Positions 29,286 through 32,000 of a stretch of DNA of 32,000 bases are shown here, piece after piece. The position numbers and the translations under genes were made by a program. The notes below the pieces were generated by a model. It was not told the DNA's origin. It saw only the letters and a list, made by a program, of their open reading frames with translations, and ran no database searches. Every line of letters starts with the position of its first letter. Within the stretch, counting starts at the first letter, position 1. Source of the stretch: Wolbachia endosymbiont of Litomosoides sigmodontis (GTDB lineage: Bacteria > Pseudomonadota > Alphaproteobacteria > Rickettsiales > Anaplasmataceae); contig NZ_CP046577.1 in the NCBI RefSeq assembly GCF_013365435.1, positions 270,001-302,000 of the forward strand. The letters run 5' to 3'.

Positions 29286-29648
29286 GTGAGTAATAGTGCT
29301 GCAACCTCTATAGCTAACGAAGAATTTGCTGTAATTGATAAAGATAATGAAGAATTTATTTTGGTTGTTAGGCTAATACTGTATGCGCCAAGACTAATTT
29401 CAGTTAACGACTTTTAATGACTCGCTTATATTGCGGTTATATAAACCTTGGAACGAGAGAGTTATTATAAGAGCTGCAAATTGATGATACTATAGAAAAT
29501 GCCGCCAACAGTTCCACTTATTATCAAAGGTGAAAGACTGGTCAAAGTACTTAGTACAAGCCTGTTAAATACTTATTTCAGCTCATTTTATAAAACTGTT
29601 AGTTCTCAGCTTAGTACTGTTTATGTGAGTTTCGGGTACAAGTGTTAA
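29286..29648 (+). pseudogene. Possible glutaredoxin-like pseudogene (frameshifted and shortened)
   Basis: Three hallmarks occur in order on one strand but in different frames. They are LYCGYINLGTRELL (29426-, compare CPYC..AK.LL), LQIDDTIEN (29474-), and MPPTVPLIIKGE (29499-, compare TVPQIFI.GE). The spacing is ~15 codons shorter than in intact glutaredoxins, and the GG.DD motif is absent. Confidence 0.3.
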
Positions 29649-29700
29649 GTTAATCAGGTTATAGCAGGTAATCCAAAGAGACTAATTAGTGCTCTTTGTA

Positions 29701-30681
29701 TTAAGTATCGTCTTCAGCAAAAGCTTCCTCCCACGTACCTTGAGTTGCTGCACGGCTATATTCTGTGACTCTGTTTTCAAAAAAGTTCGTGTGTTCAACA
29801 CCATTTAGTATTCCATCAAGCCACGGAAGGGGGTTTTCATTAATATCATATATGGGTTTCAGACCCAATTGCGTTAGCCGTCTATTTGCTATATAGCGTA
29901 TGTAATTACGTACTTCTTCCGCAGATAGTCCTTCAACATCTCCTAAGTCAAAGGCAAGCTTTATGAATTCATCTTCAAGGCTAACGATAGTACGACATGC
30001 AGAATATAGTTCCTTTTTGAACTCATCATTCCAAATTTCATTGTTTTCTTTTATAAACGTATTGAATAAATTGATAATTGAATTGGTATGTAAGGTTTCG
30101 TCACGTGCTGACCAGGCAATTATTTGTCCCATGCCTTTCATTTTTCCAAAGCGTTGAAAGTTGAGCAAAATTGCAAATGATGCAAATAGCTGTAATCCTT
30201 CAGTAAATGCACCGAATACTGCCAGGGTTTTGGCTATATGTTTTTTATCATGTTTTTTACACTCCTCAAATTCTAGCATATATTCATATTTCTTTCTCAT
30301 AGCATCATATTTTAAAAATGCTTGATATTCACTTTCTGGCATGCCAATTGTATCTAAAAGATAAGAATAGGCTGCAATGTGTATGGTTTCCATATTGGAA
30401 AAGCTTGCGAGCATCATGCATATTTCTGTTGGTTTAAATATATTTGAGTAATGTCTCATATAGCAGTTGTTTACTTCAATGTCTGCTTGAGTAAAGAACC
30501 TGAAAATCTGAGTTAGTAAATTTTTTTCTACATTCGAAAGTTTAGCTTTCCAGTCTTTCACATCATCAGCAAGAGGAACTTCTTCTGGTATCCAATGTAT
30601 TCTTTGCTGCTGTAACCAGGCATCATACGCCCAAGGATAATTAAAAGGTTTATATATTGGATCTGCTTCTAACAATAACAT
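29701..30681 (-). CDS. nrdB: Class Ia ribonucleotide reductase subunit beta
   Basis: Diiron and radical motifs are present: METIHIAAYSY (E..H...Y), FTEGLQLFASFA and RDETLH. I place the start at ATG 30681 (MLLLEADPIYKPF). The ORF track extends it to 30729. Confidence 0.92.
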   Translation of the reverse strand: MLLLEADPIYKPFNYPWAYDAWLQQQRIHWIPEEVPLADDVKDWKAKLSNVEKNLLTQIFRFFTQADIEVNNCYMRHYSNIFKPTEICMMLASFSNMETIHIAAYSYLLDTIGMPESEYQAFLKYDAMRKKYEYMLEFEECKKHDKKHIAKTLAVFGAFTEGLQLFASFAILLNFQRFGKMKGMGQIIAWSARDETLHTNSIINLFNTFIKENNEIWNDEFKKELYSACRTIVSLEDEFIKLAFDLGDVEGLSAEEVRNYIRYIANRRLTQLGLKPIYDINENPLPWLDGILNGVEHTNFFENRVTEYSRAATQGTWEEAFAEDDT

Positions 30682-31189
30682 AGAACACCTATTATTTTCT
30701 GAAGTAAATATTATATTAAGCGATATCAAAAATCAGTCAATTTAACTTTTACAAAATTTGACGACAGGTGATTTGTTAATGTTTGTAGCTTTAAGTGATT
30801 TATTAATAGAGATGCAAGTGCTAATATTTTTTATTTTATTGTTTTTAGTGAGCTGTCACACTATTTCCAATCATGGAGCTCTAGTCATTAGTATTGGATT
30901 GTGTAGTAAGATAAAAGTAATGATGATAAAGGAAAAATGGTTTACACTTTAGGGTCATCAGCATTGATATCTAAGTTTGATGAAAATATTTGGTACTATA
31001 TCTCATATAAAATTAAATAGGTTAATTTCTTAAAGAAAGGAAAGTATAGCAGTAAATCTCTGCAAACTAAAAAAGTCTTTGATTGTTGTTGATTGTGAAA
31101 ATTTGCTGACTGTGAAATCTCCTGTAAAAAATAAAATTTTACTGTGCATTACTGATGTTATTTCAGTGTATGATATATAACTTCACGAG

Positions 31190-31541
31190 CATTGTGATTT
31201 GATAAACCTTCTAATTCATAGAAGTGCAAAAAATTGCTTAACGGATTTGAATAGATTTTTTGCTGTAGTATTAAAGCTATTTATCTTTAGATCTGTACAG
31301 ATAACATGATAAAAAAGTTTAACGTATCTGGTGTATCATGTTTAATTTTTGCACTATGTACACTTCATGTCTTTCACATTGTTGTCTATACATTGACAGC
31401 TAGTACTGAGCGTTTAGAAGATATTAAGATTAGCTGTGACAGAGTTTTTTTGCATTTTTCCTTACTTGGTAAATTTCTTGGCGCTTATAGTTTAAGTTAG
31501 TTGCGACTTAAAGCTAGCTGAATTGTGGTCATAAGTGTTTG
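31190..31541 (-). pseudogene. IS66-like transposase internal fragment ('R' repeat)
   Basis: Collinear with 28490-28810, for example aaagctatttatctttagatctgtacagata...tgtttaatttttgcactatgtaca. The minus-strand translation starts ..TLMTTIQLALSRN.., continuing the ..SIIATIS.LYKN.. end of the remnant at 20620. It ends exactly at the IS630-like terminus. Confidence 0.55.
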
Positions 31542-32000
31542 TACTAATTCCAATTATACAAGAAACGTATAGGAAATAATGAAAAGGAGGCTATACTGAA
31601 GCGAGTAAAATAGCGAGATTTAAATGGCATTGAAATCAAAATTAGTAAATGGAAAAGTCGTAGAATCAGCAAAAGAAGTGCTAAAGAAAGTGTAAAATAC
31701 TTATATGTCGCAAAAAAACTAAATGCTGTGATTGCAGCAAAAAAAAGCATAATATAGCAACCTTAAGAAAAATATATTTCTCTTTCAAGAACAGCACTAA
31801 CTGCGTAGATAAAGCACCTAAAACTAGGAAGAGAAGAAAAATTGGTTACTTCCACCCTTCAACGCCATAGAAAAATTAGATTGAAATTAGAGTAACTTCG
31901 AATAAGTTGAAGTATGGATACAAGAGAATCCTAATGTTACTGTAAAAAATGAGAATAAGAATCTAGGAAAAATTTATTTTGAATATCAGTAAATCTACAG
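31542..32000 (+). mobile_element. Decayed IS630/Tc1-mariner-like element, copy 6 (truncated by the window end)
   Basis: tactaattccaattatacaagaaacgtataggaaataatgaaaaggaggctatactgaagcgagtaaaatagcgagatttaaatgg is collinear with the first ~460 bp of copies 1-3. Confidence 0.85.

Noticed and set aside
30850-30875. A possible NrdR box upstream of nrdB (tcacactatttcc).
   Set aside because: Only one half-site-like match is present. There is no 16-bp palindrome and no second box at the usual helical spacing.
14568-32000. Whether the recurring repeats could be a CRISPR array or another regularly spaced array.
   Set aside because: The repeat units are 0.3-1.0 kb, diverged, in mixed orientation and separated by housekeeping genes several kb long. 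There are no 25-40 bp direct repeats with uniform spacers and no cas genes.

Overview
AT-rich alphaproteobacterial (Rickettsiales-type) chromosome segment. The best guess is a Wolbachia-like Anaplasmataceae endosymbiont, based on gene order, a Wolbachia-style palindromic repeat and abundant decayed IS debris. The taxon is an inference and has not been verified. Bases 1-14550 are an almost gapless housekeeping block. It holds the distal spc/alpha ribosomal operon (rpsN 3' end, rpsH, rplF, rplR, rpsE, rplO, secY, adk, rpsM, rpsK, rpoA, rplQ), a YraN-like ORF, atpH-atpA, greA, ribB and an M48/TPR protease. These are followed by a virB2-like pilin gene and fabG on the minus strand, and an hlyD-family type I secretion adaptor. 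Bases 14551-32000 hold isolated housekeeping genes and operons: prfB with its +1 frameshift, mgtE, a pstS-like gene, dcd, a lipoprotein-DUF721-rpmB-lipA operon, an RDD protein, tRNA-Leu(CAA), dnaB and nrdB. These are separated by long non-coding gaps filled with a few heavily decayed repeat families. One is an IS630/Tc1-mariner-like element, present as four copies (three complete at ~0.9-1.0 kb, one cut by the window end), two ~0.3 kb internally deleted MITE-like copies, and terminal stubs. Another is a set of IS66-like transposase pseudogene fragments that repeatedly adjoin the IS630-like termini. There are also short palindromic fragments. I see no CRISPR array, rRNA, prophage or recognisable defence/toxin module, and no convincing candidate for a novel multi-gene system. 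The most interesting content is the structure and history of the mobile-element debris, plus a few possible pseudogenes. All repeat boundaries come from by-eye alignment (+/- 10-20 bp).
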